Positions 43,362-53,190 of a stretch of 64,000 nt of DNA are shown here, one piece after another. Each line of letters opens with the position of its first letter. Position 1 is the stretch's first letter. Below the pieces are notes generated by a model. The model ran no database searches. It was given only the letters and a program-made list of their open reading frames with translations, and was not told where the DNA came from. The translations under genes and the position numbers were made by a program. The DNA is from Thermoanaerobaculia bacterium (lineage in GTDB: Bacteria; Acidobacteriota; Thermoanaerobaculia; UBA5066), in the NCBI GenBank assembly GCA_963816185.1, contig CAWFJJ010000001.1, positions 632,464-696,463 on the forward strand. Direction: 5' to 3'.

Positions 43362-44413
43362 CGGGGGGTCACCGGGAACAGGAAGAGCGTCGCGAGTCCG
43401 GCGAGCGCGAGGCACGCGGCCGCGGGCCTCGCCGCCAACGGGAAGACCTCGCGAAAGCGGGTGTACTTCGTCGTCTTGATCTCGCTCTTCTCGAGCTTGT
43501 CGATCGTCGCGAACGTGTCGGAAAGGCCTTGCGCGTCCGTTGCGCGGAAGAAGCGGCCTCCCGTCGCGTTCGCGATGCGCTGGAGGAGCGCCTCGTCCAC
43601 GTCCACGTTCGCGCGCACGCGCCGCTCCGTCACACGTCCCGTCTCGGGGTCGCGGATGGGAATCGGGATCTCGACAGGTCCGTTGTTCGTCCCGACGCCC
43701 ACCGTGTAGACGCGCACGCCGAGCGCCTTCGCGACGAGAGCGGCGGTGTCCGGATCGATCTCGCCCGCATTGTTTCCGCCGTCGGTCACGAGAACGACGA
43801 CGCGCGATTTCGCTTTCGAGGGCCTCAGGCGCGCGAGCGCGTTGCCGAGCGCAAGACCGATCGCAGTGCCGTCGCCTTGATCGCCGAGCTTGAGGCCTTT
43901 CAGCCGGTCGAGGACCATGCCGCGATCGGTCGTCAGGGGGCTGACGGTGCGCGAGCGGCCCGCGAACACGAGGAGACCGACGCGGTCGCTCGAGCGTCCC
44001 TCGATGAACTGGCGCACGCAGGATTTTGCGACGAAGAAGCGGTTCTTCGGCGTGAAGTCCTCGGCTGCCATCGAACCGGAGGCATCGAGCGCGATGAAGA
44101 TGTCGACGCCCTCCGTCCACGATTCCGTCCGCTCGAGGCCGAGGCGAGGTCGCGCGAGCGCGACGACGAGACCGGAATAGCCGATCAGCGCCAGGGCGAA
44201 GGGCAGCAGGCGGAAGCGCACGCGCCACGTCGGACGCACGTGCGCGACATTCGCGAGCGTCGGCACGATGAGCGCGCCGTCCCCGCGCTTTTCGCGAAGG
44301 GTTTTCAGAGCGATCGCGAGCGGAACCAGGACGAGGAGAAGGAGCAGGAGCGGGTCGCGAAACGACAGGCCGGGCGGGACGAGAGAGGCGGCGAAGGTGC
44401 GAAGAGAGGTCAC
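43358..44413 (-). CDS. batA: BatA-like VWA protein
   Basis: ALARP, LDASGSM.AED, DRVGLLVFAG, GTAIGLAL, VTDGGNNAG, TGGRFFRA. Confidence 0.9.
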   Translation of the reverse strand: MTSLRTFAASLVPPGLSFRDPLLLLLLVLVPLAIALKTLREKRGDGALIVPTLANVAHVRPTWRVRFRLLPFALALIGYSGLVVALARPRLGLERTESWTEGVDIFIALDASGSMAAEDFTPKNRFFVAKSCVRQFIEGRSSDRVGLLVFAGRSRTVSPLTTDRGMVLDRLKGLKLGDQGDGTAIGLALGNALARLRPSKAKSRVVVLVTDGGNNAGEIDPDTAALVAKALGVRVYTVGVGTNNGPVEIPIPIRDPETGRVTERRVRANVDVDEALLQRIANATGGRFFRATDAQGLSDTFATIDKLEKSEIKTTKYTRFREVFPLAARPAAACLALAGLATLFLFPVTPR

Positions 44414-45550
44414 GAGGCGCGCTCCTTCGAAGCGGCGACGCGGGCGGCCTCGGCTTTTTGCCGCGCCTCGACGTCGTGGAGGACGACGCGGGCTCTGACG
44501 AGCGCCTCCCGCGCGTCCTCGCGCGTTGCCGCACCTTTTCCGAACTTGACGCGGTCGGCGGAGGCGAGAAGGTCGGGGAATGCGGCTTCACGCGGGAACT
44601 CGAAACCTCTCTCGCGCAGGCGCCTCACGGTCTCGAACGTCGTCCATTCGAGGACCGGGTCGCCCGTCACGCGCTCGAGGAAGCGCTTCACCGCGAACGT
44701 GAGCTCCGAATAGAACGCGCGTGCATCGTCGTCGAGGTTCTCCGCAGCGTCCGCGAGCCGTGCGAGCGCGAGGCGCAGCTCCTCGCCGGGCTCGATCGCG
44801 GGCTCCGAAGCCTCCACACCGCCAGACTTGCGGCGCCTTCGCGAGACGAGCCAGGCGACGAGCGCCGCGAGGAGAGCCGCTCCGGCCCCAAGAGCGATCC
44901 AGTACTTCGCGGGCCACGCGGGGATACGAACCGGCTTGTCCGCCTTCGGCGCGAGCTGCTCGGGTTTCTGGCCCGGAGGGAGGCGGGAGGCGACCTTCAG
45001 CTCCAGATCCGGCGGACGGACGTCGACGGGGGAAGACGAAGAAGGAGATTCTTTGAATGAGTAGTGGGGACCCGGCACACGCACGGTCCCTGCTTGAAAT
45101 GGGAACAGCGCCACGGCTTGCGTCCATTCGAAGAAATCTCCCGTGGCGCTCTTCGTAACGGTGGGCGGCGAGGGGTTCTCGAACTCGAGGATCGTGCCGC
45201 CCGGAGGCCGCGCGCCTTCCGCGGGCGCGGGCGTCACGAGCGCATCGAGCGTCAGCGAAGAGCCGGCGGGAATGCGCGCGGAATACGTCACGACGACGCG
45301 GTCGCCGAGGGCGACGGACGCACGGTCGACGGTCGCGGAGAACTGGACAGAGGGAAGAGAGGACCAGAAGAGGAAGAGGAAGATTTCTTAGAAGGGGAAG
45401 AGGGGGAGGCCCGGCGGCGGCATCGGCGGGCTAATGGCGCTGGCGGCGCCGTGGGCGGGGTCTCACCTTCGAAGAAAATCCACCGCCGAGAAGTCCACTG
45501 GAAACGCCAAGCGCAACGAAGAGAGAGGGAGCAAGAAGGATTCTCTTCAT
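44410..45550 (-). CDS. Bat-operon hypothetical membrane protein; 5' part frameshifted in the motif region
   Basis: ATG 45550 overlaps DUF58 stop and begins a signal peptide; main frame SATVDRA.V.LGD…TM…FYSEL…LE.TT.E…ADRVKFG. Confidence 0.72.
45032..45480. repeat. two convergent motif pairs (78 bp and 83 bp)
   Basis: Centres 45053/45131 and 45389/45472 (GAAGATTTCTTAGAAGGGGAAGAGG … CACCTTCGAAGAAAATC). Confidence 0.8.
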
Positions 45551-46431
45551 CTTCCCGCCGCCTTGCGCTTCTCGCGCTGCTTGAAGAACCGCACGAGGGG
45601 CAGCTCGTAGGACTCGTCCGTCCTGAGCGGGATGGAGTCGATGCCCGAGGAGCGGAAGATCGCCGCCGGCTCGGGGAAGGTCGCGGAACGACGCCCCCAG
45701 GCCTCGCGGAACGCGCGATCGGTCGTGTCGAAGATGCGCGTGGCGCCCGTCTCGGCGTCGCGTAAACGCACGAGGCCCGCGGCCGGCAAGGACTGCTCGC
45801 GCGGATCGCCGATCGGAATCGCGACGACGTCGTGCCTCTTGTTGAGTGTTTTCAGCGCCTTCTCGTATCCCGCCGCGAGAAAGTCGGACACGATGAAGAC
45901 GACCGCGCGCTGCTTCAGGAGCGATGCGGCGCTCCGGAGGGCCAGGGCGAGGTCGGTCGTGCGGCCTTGGGGCACGAGCGAAAGGGCGTCGCGCGTGATC
46001 GCGAGCACGTGGTCGACGCCCTTGCGCGGCGGGTGGTAGCGCTCGAGCCGGTCCGTGAAGAGGAGCGCGCCGACGCGGTCGTGATTCTTGACCGCCGCGA
46101 ACGAGAGCAGCGCGGCGAGCTCGGCCATGAGCTCGCGCTTCGTGAGGTACTGCGAGCCGAAACCTTGCGACGCCGAGAGGTCGAGGAGGAGGAGGACCGT
46201 GAGGTCCCGCTCCTCCACGAACTTCTTGACGTGCGGGACGCCCGTGCGGGCCGTGACGTTCCAATCGATCGTCCTGACGTCGTCCCCGGGCACGTACTCG
46301 CGCACCTCGGAGAACTCCATCCCGCGGCCGCGGAAGACCGAGTGGTACTCGCCTCCCACGCCCGCCTCGACGAGACGGTTCGTCCGGATGCGGATGCGGT
46401 GGAGCTTGCGGACGATCTCGCGTGGCAGCAT
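45547..46431 (-). CDS. DUF58 family protein (MoxR-associated)
   Basis: GRGMEFSEVREYVPGDDVRTIDWNVTAR, KKFVEER, VSDF. Confidence 0.95.
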   Translation of the reverse strand: MLPREIVRKLHRIRIRTNRLVEAGVGGEYHSVFRGRGMEFSEVREYVPGDDVRTIDWNVTARTGVPHVKKFVEERDLTVLLLLDLSASQGFGSQYLTKRELMAELAALLSFAAVKNHDRVGALLFTDRLERYHPPRKGVDHVLAITRDALSLVPQGRTTDLALALRSAASLLKQRAVVFIVSDFLAAGYEKALKTLNKRHDVVAIPIGDPREQSLPAAGLVRLRDAETGATRIFDTTDRAFREAWGRRSATFPEPAAIFRSSGIDSIPLRTDESYELPLVRFFKQREKRKAAGR

Positions 46432-46454
46432 GGGGGCGAGGGGCTAGAACCCCG

Positions 46455-47489
46455 TCACGGGACTTCGACTCTCTCCAGCAACCGTTTCACGACCTGGTCG
46501 CTCGTCACGTTCTCGGCCTCGGCCTCGTAGGAGAGGAGGACGCGATGACGCAGCACGTCCGGAGCGACGTCCTTCACGTCCTCCGGAACGACGTAGCCGC
46601 GGCCGGCGAGGAAAGCGCGTGAGCGGGCCGTGGAGAGGAGCGCGAGCGTGGCGCGCGGCGACGCTCCGTACGAGACGAAATCGGCGAGATCCGAGAGGCC
46701 GTATGCCTTCGGGTCGCGCGTGGCGGCGACGAGCTCCACGAGATATCCCTTGATCCGCTCGTCGGCGTAGATGCCGCGCACGAGGACGCGGAGCTCTCGA
46801 ATCGCCGCGGGGGTGAGGACCGGGCGCACGTGCGCGGAGGCCTCGGCCTCGGTCGTGTCGCCCATGCGGTCGAGGATCTGGCGTTCCTCCGCCTTCGTCG
46901 GATACCCGACGGTGAGCTTCATGAGGAAGCGATCGACCTGCGCCTCCGGCAGGGGATAGGTGCCTTCCTGCTCGATCGGGTTCTGCGTCGCGAGGACGAG
47001 AAACGGGTCGGGCAGGGGGGTCGTCGTATCGCCGACCGTGACCTGCCGCTCCTGCATGGCCTCGAGGAGAGCGGACTGCACCTTGGCGGGCGCTCGGTTG
47101 ATCTCGTCAGCCAGGACGAGGTTCGCGAACACGGGGCCGCGGCGCGCGACGAACTCCTGCGTCTTGGGGTTGAAGACGAGCGTGCCGATGAGGTCGGCGG
47201 GAAGGAGGTCGGGGGTGAACTGGATGCGCGAGAACGTCGCGTCGAGGCCGCGCGCGAGGGTCCTCACGGCGAGCGTCTTCGCGAGGCCCGGGACGCCTTC
47301 CAGAAGCAGGTGGCCGTCGGCGAGAAGGCCGATCGTCAGCTTGTCCACGAGAGCGCCCTGGCCGACGATCACCTTGCGGATCTCGGTCAGAAGGGCCCCG
47401 ACGAGGAGCGATTTCTCGCGGATTCTCTCGGTGAGGGCGGAAGGGTCAAAGCCCGGGGCGGCGGTCGTGAGCGTCGTGGTCGTCGTCAT
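46455..47489 (-). CDS. moxR: MoxR-family AAA+ ATPase
   Basis: LEGVPGLAKT, RIQFTPDLLPAD, DEINRAPAKVQSALLEAM, ATQNPIEQEGTYPLPEAQ.DRF. Confidence 0.96.
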   Translation of the reverse strand: MTTTTTLTTAAPGFDPSALTERIREKSLLVGALLTEIRKVIVGQGALVDKLTIGLLADGHLLLEGVPGLAKTLAVRTLARGLDATFSRIQFTPDLLPADLIGTLVFNPKTQEFVARRGPVFANLVLADEINRAPAKVQSALLEAMQERQVTVGDTTTPLPDPFLVLATQNPIEQEGTYPLPEAQVDRFLMKLTVGYPTKAEERQILDRMGDTTEAEASAHVRPVLTPAAIRELRVLVRGIYADERIKGYLVELVAATRDPKAYGLSDLADFVSYGASPRATLALLSTARSRAFLAGRGYVVPEDVKDVAPDVLRHRVLLSYEAEAENVTSDQVVKRLLERVEVP

Positions 47490-47652
47490 CCTGTCCCTTC
47501 GAAGGCTTCATTTCGACGCCGAATCGGCATCGAAGAACGGCCGGAAGTCACTTACAGCAAGCGGGATGCCGAGGCCGGCCGATGCCGGTTTCCGACCGTT
47601 CGGGGCTCTGGGGAGAATAGATGGACGGCCGCGCGGCCTTATGCTCGAGGCG

Positions 47653-48021
47653 ATGGCTTCCTCAACGCCGGCCCGCGCCGCGTGCGTCGCCTTGGCGGTC
47701 TTCCTCCTCATGGCTCCCGCCTCGGAGGCGGCGAAAAAGAGGCGTCGAAAGCCGACCCCGACGCCCGCCCCCACGGCGACCCCGACCCCGTTGCCATTTC
47801 TTCGGGCGGCCGGTGCGTGCCTGCGCTACGAGCCGGGCGCGTTCCTCATCCTGTCGGAGGTCGGACAGGGCGGAAGGATGTTCCACCTGGACGCGGCGAC
47901 GGAGGTCACCGTGACGCCGAAGAAGGGAGCCCGACTCAGGGTCCTCTACGAGGACGGCCCGGACGGCCCCATCGCGCGGAAGATCATGCCGGGACCGACC
48001 GAGGCGACGCAGAGTAAATAA
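47653..48021 (+). CDS. small exported hypothetical protein with Pro/Thr linker
   Basis: Signal-like N-terminus, PTPTPAPTATPTP linker, then a ~70-aa beta-rich domain. Confidence 0.65.
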   Translation: MASSTPARAACVALAVFLLMAPASEAAKKRRRKPTPTPAPTATPTPLPFLRAAGACLRYEPGAFLILSEVGQGGRMFHLDAATEVTVTPKKGARLRVLYEDGPDGPIARKIMPGPTEATQSK

Positions 48022-48034
48022 AGGGTTCGGACTT

Positions 48035-48147
48035 GGGATTTTCTTAGAAGGGGAAGAGGGCGATGGCCGAGCAACGCGGAAGCGCCCGTCCGAAAAGAAG
48101 GCGCTGCCCCCGCGCCTTCTAAGAAATCTCTGTCTTCCTTCTCTTTC
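48035..48147. repeat. intergenic convergent motif pair, 76 bp
   Basis: Perfect 12-bp IR TTTCTTAGAAGG 48040-48051 / CCTTCTAAGAAA 48115-48126 between convergent genes. Confidence 0.88.
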
Positions 48148-48477
48148 TCAGTTCAAATGCGGCTCGAACTTGCGCTCGAGCGAAGCCTGGGGCGAGACGC
48201 CGACGACGCGCTCGACGATCTGGCCGCCCTTGAAGAGCATGAGCGTCGGAATCGACATGATCCCGTAGCGCTCGGCCACGGAAGGAACGTCGTCCACGTT
48301 CAGCTTCGCCACGGTGACCTTTTCCCCCCACTTCGACGCGAGCGACTCGACGATCGGGGCCACCTGCCGGCAGGGGCCGCACCAGACCGCCCAGAAGTCC
48401 ACCAGGACGGGCTTCGCGCTCTTCAGGACGGTGGATTCGAACGAACCTTCGTTCAGCTCGAGAACGTTTGCGGACAT
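48148..48477 (-). CDS. trxA: thioredoxin
   Basis: VDFWAVWCGPC, SIPTL. Confidence 0.97.
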   Translation of the reverse strand: MSANVLELNEGSFESTVLKSAKPVLVDFWAVWCGPCRQVAPIVESLASKWGEKVTVAKLNVDDVPSVAERYGIMSIPTLMLFKGGQIVERVVGVSPQASLERKFEPHLN

Positions 48478-48547
48478 TTCGTAGATTCCTTTCTGGCGGG
48501 CTTGCGCTCGCTGCCGGCCGATCCCGGGCGCGAGCTTCGATGGTAGG

Positions 48548-49363
48548 GTGCGGCGTGTGAGAGCGTCAAGCGCGCGGCCCTCTCGGGCCCGATGGGGTCA
48601 GCACTTCCTCGTCAACGTTTCGACGGTCGAAAAAATTCTCGATGCCCTGGGGGCCCGGGAGGGGGAGACCGTCGTCGAGGTGGGCCCGGGCCGCGGGGCG
48701 CTCACGCGGCCGCTCCTCGACCGGGGAGCGCGCGTCCTCGCGTTCGAGATCGACCCGGTGCTGGCGGCGCGCCTTTCCCACGAGCTCGCCGAGCGGGCGC
48801 TCTTCGTGGAGTCGGCGGACGTGCTCAGGGCCGATGTCGAGGCCACGCTCGCACGGATCGGAGCCAGCCCTCCTGTACCGTTCGTCGGCAATCTCCCTTA
48901 CGAGAGCGCCACGCCGATGCTGCGTGCCTTCGTGCGGCGGCCGGATCTCTTCTCCCGCCTCGTCGTCATGATCCAGAAGGAGGTCGCGGACCGGATCGTC
49001 GCCGAGCCCGGGGGCGACGCCTACGGCTTTCTCACGCTGGACGTCGGAGCGCACGCGACCGCGCGCCGGCTCTTCGACGTGTCGCGCGGCGATTTTTCGC
49101 CGCCGCCGAAGGTGAGGTCCTCGGTCCTCGAGCTCGTTCCCCACAGCCCTTTGGCCGGGGCCGGCGAGGCGCTTCGTGTGGCCTCGGCCGGCTTCACCTC
49201 GCGGCGCAAGACGCTCGTGAATGCGCTCACTCCCCTGTGGGGCCGCGAGCGCGCGGTCTCGGCGGTCGCGGACGCCGGGCTGCCGGCGACGGCGCGAGCC
49301 GAAACGCTCGGCCTGGACGTCTTTTGCGCGCTTGCGCCGAGGCTCGGACCGCCCGGTAAATAG
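48548..49363 (+). CDS. rsmA: 16S rRNA adenine dimethyltransferase
   Basis: GQHFL, EVGPGRG.LT, EID, GNLPY, MIQKEVA, F.PPPKV.S. Confidence 0.93.
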   Translation: MRRVRASSARPSRARWGQHFLVNVSTVEKILDALGAREGETVVEVGPGRGALTRPLLDRGARVLAFEIDPVLAARLSHELAERALFVESADVLRADVEATLARIGASPPVPFVGNLPYESATPMLRAFVRRPDLFSRLVVMIQKEVADRIVAEPGGDAYGFLTLDVGAHATARRLFDVSRGDFSPPPKVRSSVLELVPHSPLAGAGEALRVASAGFTSRRKTLVNALTPLWGRERAVSAVADAGLPATARAETLGLDVFCALAPRLGPPGK

Positions 49364-49398
49364 GCCGAAAACCCGACACCGCCTGTTACAATTCGTCG

Positions 49399-50271
49399 AT
49401 GTCGGTGACAGTCGGCCAGGCCGTCCTGCTCGGCATCGTGCAGGGCCTGACGGAGTTCTTGCCCGTCTCCTCGACGGCGCATCTGGCGCTCGTGCAGCGC
49501 TTCCTTCCAGGTTTCGCTCAGCCCGGGATCCTCTTCGACGTCCTGCTCCACGTCGGGACGCTCTTCGCCCTCGTCGTCTATTTCCGGACCCGGATCGCCG
49601 CGACGCTGACGGGGGCCTTCTCGTCGGACCAGCCCGAAAGGCGAAAGGCGTGGAAACTCATCGGGCTCCTCGTTCTCGCGGTGGGCGTCACGGGCGTCCT
49701 GACGATGCCCCTGAAACGTTACGCGATCGAAGGGATGACCGACTTCCGGCGGATGGGCTTCGCGCTGCTCGGCACGGCCGCGCTCCTCCTCATCGCGCAA
49801 CGCGTGGGCGGCGCGCGGGGTGAAGGCGGCCGCACGCTCGAGGACATTCGCCCGCGCGACGCCGCGCTCGTGGGTGCGTGCCAGTCGGTCTCGGCGATCC
49901 TCCACGGCGTCTCGCGGTCGGGGAACACGATCTCCGTCGGCCTCTTCGCGGGCCTCTCCCGCAGCGCGGCGGCCGAGTTCTCGTTCCTGCTCTCGATTCC
50001 GACGATCCTCGCGGCTGCGACCGTCGAGAACGTCCACGCGTACCGGCACAGGACGGGTCCGCTGATGGACGGAGGCTCCTTACCCGCATACGTGATCGGC
50101 ATGCTGGTGGCGGCCGTCGTGGGCTATTTCGCGATCTCCGCCCTTCTCCGGGTGGTCGTGTCGATGCGCTTGTGGCCATTCATCGTCTACTGCGCCCTCC
50201 TCGGTTTCGTGCTCGTACTCTTCGCTGAACGGATCTCGTCCGGATTCGCCGAGCTGAAGGTCCTCTCGTAG
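49399..50271 (+). CDS. uppP: undecaprenyl-diphosphatase
   Basis: GIVQGLTEFLPVSSTAH, GVSRSG.TI, AAEFSFLLSIP. Confidence 0.94.
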   Translation: MSVTVGQAVLLGIVQGLTEFLPVSSTAHLALVQRFLPGFAQPGILFDVLLHVGTLFALVVYFRTRIAATLTGAFSSDQPERRKAWKLIGLLVLAVGVTGVLTMPLKRYAIEGMTDFRRMGFALLGTAALLLIAQRVGGARGEGGRTLEDIRPRDAALVGACQSVSAILHGVSRSGNTISVGLFAGLSRSAAAEFSFLLSIPTILAAATVENVHAYRHRTGPLMDGGSLPAYVIGMLVAAVVGYFAISALLRVVVSMRLWPFIVYCALLGFVLVLFAERISSGFAELKVLS

Positions 50272-52694
50272 TGGCACCCGCCCTCAAGACCGCGCCTCCT
50301 CCGTCGGCCTTCGCGCGGCGGCGCGACGAGTTCCTCGGAATCCTCCTCGTCGCCACCGGCCTTCTTCTGCTCGCGGCGCTCGCGTCGTATCACCCGAACG
50401 ACCCCTCGCTTTTCTCGGCCGTGAACGACCAGGGGCTCCGGCCGCGCAACTGGGCGGGACGCTTCGGCGCCACGTTCGCGGACGGCAGCCTCCAGTTCTT
50501 CGGCCTCGCCGCGCTCGTCGCGCCGCTTGCGCTCCTCGTGCTCGGCTGGCGGCGCTTTCTTTCGAGGCAAGTCGGCGCCTGGGGCACGAAGGGCCTCGGC
50601 ATCGCCCTCGTCGTGCTCACGCTCGCGCCGCTCGCGCACCTCGCGCTCGGGCGCCCGCGCGCGTTCGGAGGCGGACTCGACGCGGGCGGTTTCGTGGGCG
50701 ATCTTCTCGGCTCGTTCGCGGTGTCGGCGCTCAACCCGCCGGGCGCGGCGATCCTCCTGTCCGCCGGTCTTCTCATCGGCCTGCTCCTTGCGACCTCGCT
50801 TTCCCTCGGCGACGGACTCTCGGGCACGACGCTGCGCCTCTCGGGTTGGTGGCGCGGATTCCTGCTCGAGCGCCGGCGCCGCCGTGAGCTCGCCCAGAAG
50901 GAGAAGCAGCGGCGGGACGTCGTGAAGAAACACCTCGAGCGCGCGAAGGAGGATGCCGCCCGCCCCGTGCCCGAGAAGGCATCCGAGCCCGAGGGCGACG
51001 TCGTCTACATCCCGTCCGTCGCCACGCTCCGCGTCAAGGAGAAGGCCGGCGCGGGACGCTTCTCGATCCGGAAGGCAGGCGGCGCGGAGGACGAGCCGCC
51101 GAGGCCCGTGGCCCGGCCGGCCCGGCTCGAGAAGAAAGCCGAGGCACCGCAGAGAATCCTGCCGTTTCCGGCCCCCCGCGACGCGTCCGGCTGGGTCTTT
51201 CCGCCGGCGAAGCTGCTCCGGCCGGCGCCGAAGAGGGATCGTGAAAGCGACCGTGAGGAATTCCGGCAGACGATGGAGCTCATCGCCGCCAAGTGCCTGG
51301 AGTTCGGCGTCGAAGGCGCCGTGGACGCCTACACGCCGGGTCCCGTCGTCACGACGTACGAGTTCAAGCCGTCCGCCGGCGTGAAAGTCTCTCAGGTCGC
51401 GTCCCTCGAGAACGACCTCGCGCTCGCGCTTGCCGCCGAAAAGGTCCGCATCGAGCGCATGCCGGGCCGCGCCGCGATCGGGATCGAAGTTCCGAACCGA
51501 AGCCGCGACCTCATCGCGCTCCGCGAGGTCATCGAGAGCGAGAAATTCCGGCGCTCGCCGTCGCTCCTCACGATCGCGCTCGGCATCGACGTGCACGGCG
51601 AGCCGATCGTCGCGGACCTCGCGCGGATGCCGCACCTCCTCGTCGCGGGACAGACAGGCGCCGGCAAGAGCGTGGGTGTGTCGGGCATGATCACGTCCAT
51701 CCTCTTCAAGGCGCGTCCGGACGAGGTCAAGTTCATCTTCGTCGATCCGAAGATGAACGACATGAAGGACTACGAGGACCTGCCGCATCTCCTCGTCCCG
51801 GTCATCACGGATCCCAAGAAGGCCGCGAACGCGCTCAAGTGGGCCGTCGACGAGATGGAAGGCCGCTACAAGCTCCTGTCGGAATGGCCGGGCGTGCGCA
51901 ACATCGAGCAGTACAACGCGGCCATCCGCGACCCGCGCTCGGTCGCCGAGGTGAGGGAGAAGCTCGGCGAAAGGCTGAAGGCCGACGAGACCGGCGCGAT
52001 CTCCCCGATGCCGTACATCGTGATCGTCATCGACGAGCTCGCCGATCTCATGATGACGGCGCCCCGGGAGATCGAAGAGTCCGTCGCGCGGCTCGCTCAG
52101 AAGGCCCGCGCCGTGGGCGTCCACCTCATCCTCGCGACGCAGCGCCCGTCCGTGGACGTCATCACCGGCACGATCAAGGCGAACCTCCCGTGCCGCATCG
52201 CCTACACGGCGCGGACGCGGGTCGACTCGCGCACGATCCTCGACTCGATGGGCGCCGAATCGCTCCTCGGCCAAGGGGACATGCTGTATCTCGCCGCCGG
52301 CACTTCGTATCTCATGCGCGTCCACGGCGGCTTCATCAGCGGCGAGGAGACGAAGGAGATCTGCCGCTTCCTGAAGAAGCAGGCCAAGCCGATCTACGAC
52401 GAGAGCGTGACCGTCGACCGCGAGCCCCAGGCGGGGGCCGGCGGTCTCAGGGCCGACGGGGACGACACGGACCCGATATACGACCAGGCGGCGCGCCTCG
52501 TCGTGCGAGAGCGCATGGCCTCGATCTCGTTCCTGCAGCGGAGACTCGAGATCGGGTTCTCGCGCGCCGGCAAGCTCATCGACATGATGCAGCGCGACGG
52601 AATCGTGGGGCCGCCCGCGGGCGGGAGCAGGAGCCGCGAGATCCTGGTCCCGACGGACTACTTCGAAGAGATCGACCGCAACAGAAGAAGCTGA
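50271..52694 (+). CDS. ftsK: DNA translocase FtsK
   Basis: N-terminal TM domain; MPHLLVAGQTGAGKSV, DPK, IVIDELADLM, RLAQKARAVG, ATQRPSVDVITG, gamma domain LQRRL.IG..RA. Confidence 0.97.
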   Translation: MAPALKTAPPPSAFARRRDEFLGILLVATGLLLLAALASYHPNDPSLFSAVNDQGLRPRNWAGRFGATFADGSLQFFGLAALVAPLALLVLGWRRFLSRQVGAWGTKGLGIALVVLTLAPLAHLALGRPRAFGGGLDAGGFVGDLLGSFAVSALNPPGAAILLSAGLLIGLLLATSLSLGDGLSGTTLRLSGWWRGFLLERRRRRELAQKEKQRRDVVKKHLERAKEDAARPVPEKASEPEGDVVYIPSVATLRVKEKAGAGRFSIRKAGGAEDEPPRPVARPARLEKKAEAPQRILPFPAPRDASGWVFPPAKLLRPAPKRDRESDREEFRQTMELIAAKCLEFGVEGAVDAYTPGPVVTTYEFKPSAGVKVSQVASLENDLALALAAEKVRIERMPGRAAIGIEVPNRSRDLIALREVIESEKFRRSPSLLTIALGIDVHGEPIVADLARMPHLLVAGQTGAGKSVGVSGMITSILFKARPDEVKFIFVDPKMNDMKDYEDLPHLLVPVITDPKKAANALKWAVDEMEGRYKLLSEWPGVRNIEQYNAAIRDPRSVAEVREKLGERLKADETGAISPMPYIVIVIDELADLMMTAPREIEESVARLAQKARAVGVHLILATQRPSVDVITGTIKANLPCRIAYTARTRVDSRTILDSMGAESLLGQGDMLYLAAGTSYLMRVHGGFISGEETKEICRFLKKQAKPIYDESVTVDREPQAGAGGLRADGDDTDPIYDQAARLVVRERMASISFLQRRLEIGFSRAGKLIDMMQRDGIVGPPAGGSRSREILVPTDYFEEIDRNRRS

Positions 52695-52813
52695 CCCGCG
52701 CGGGCCGCGCCCGCAGCCGAAGAGGACAGGTCAGCCAGCTGGCGTGGTCGGGGGAACCCGAACCCGGGCTCCCCCCCCGCCCCCTCCGCGGCCGGAGGGA
52801 ATTCGGAGCGCCC

Positions 52814-53101
52814 TTACTTCTTTGGTCCGAGGATCGAGTCCTTCGCGGCTTTCGCGACGCGGAACTTCACGACGCGCTTCGCCGGGATCTTGATCGCCTC
52901 GCCGGTCGCGGGGTTGCGGCCCATGCGCGCCTTGCGGTTCACGAGCACCAGCTTGCCGAGGCCCGGCATCGTGAACGAGTTCTTCGCCTGCTTGTAAGCA
53001 AGGGCGGCGAGCTCCTCGAGGTACTGCGCCGAGACCTTTTTCGTGAGTCCGGTCTTTTCGGCGAGGTGTTCTGCGATCTGTGATTTCGTCATACCAGCCA
53101 T
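52814..53101 (-). CDS. HU-family DNA-binding protein
   Basis: MTKSQI…PGLGKL…ARMGRNPATGE.IKIPAK.VVKFR. Confidence 0.95.
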   Translation of the reverse strand: MAGMTKSQIAEHLAEKTGLTKKVSAQYLEELAALAYKQAKNSFTMPGLGKLVLVNRKARMGRNPATGEAIKIPAKRVVKFRVAKAAKDSILGPKK

Positions 53102-53190
53102 GTGAATCCGTCCTTTCTTCAATTCGCTCCCGAGTCGGGATGCGCGCATTCTAGAGGGAAAACGGGGTTTCGTGTCGATACACTGGCACG

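Noticed and set aside
39595-47489. MoxR-DUF58-Bat operon as a novel system
   Set aside because: Well-known widespread gene cluster
33040-48147. Classical MITE or IS interpretation of the motif pairs
   Set aside because: Internal spacers are not homologous, I found no consistent target-site duplication and no transposase is present; an old decayed element is not fully excluded
52700-52813. Possible tRNA-like or ncRNA element between ftsK and HU (GGGTTCGGGTTCCC…CGCCA on the minus strand)
   Set aside because: No canonical T-loop or cloverleaf can be built; GC hairpins between convergent genes are better explained as terminators
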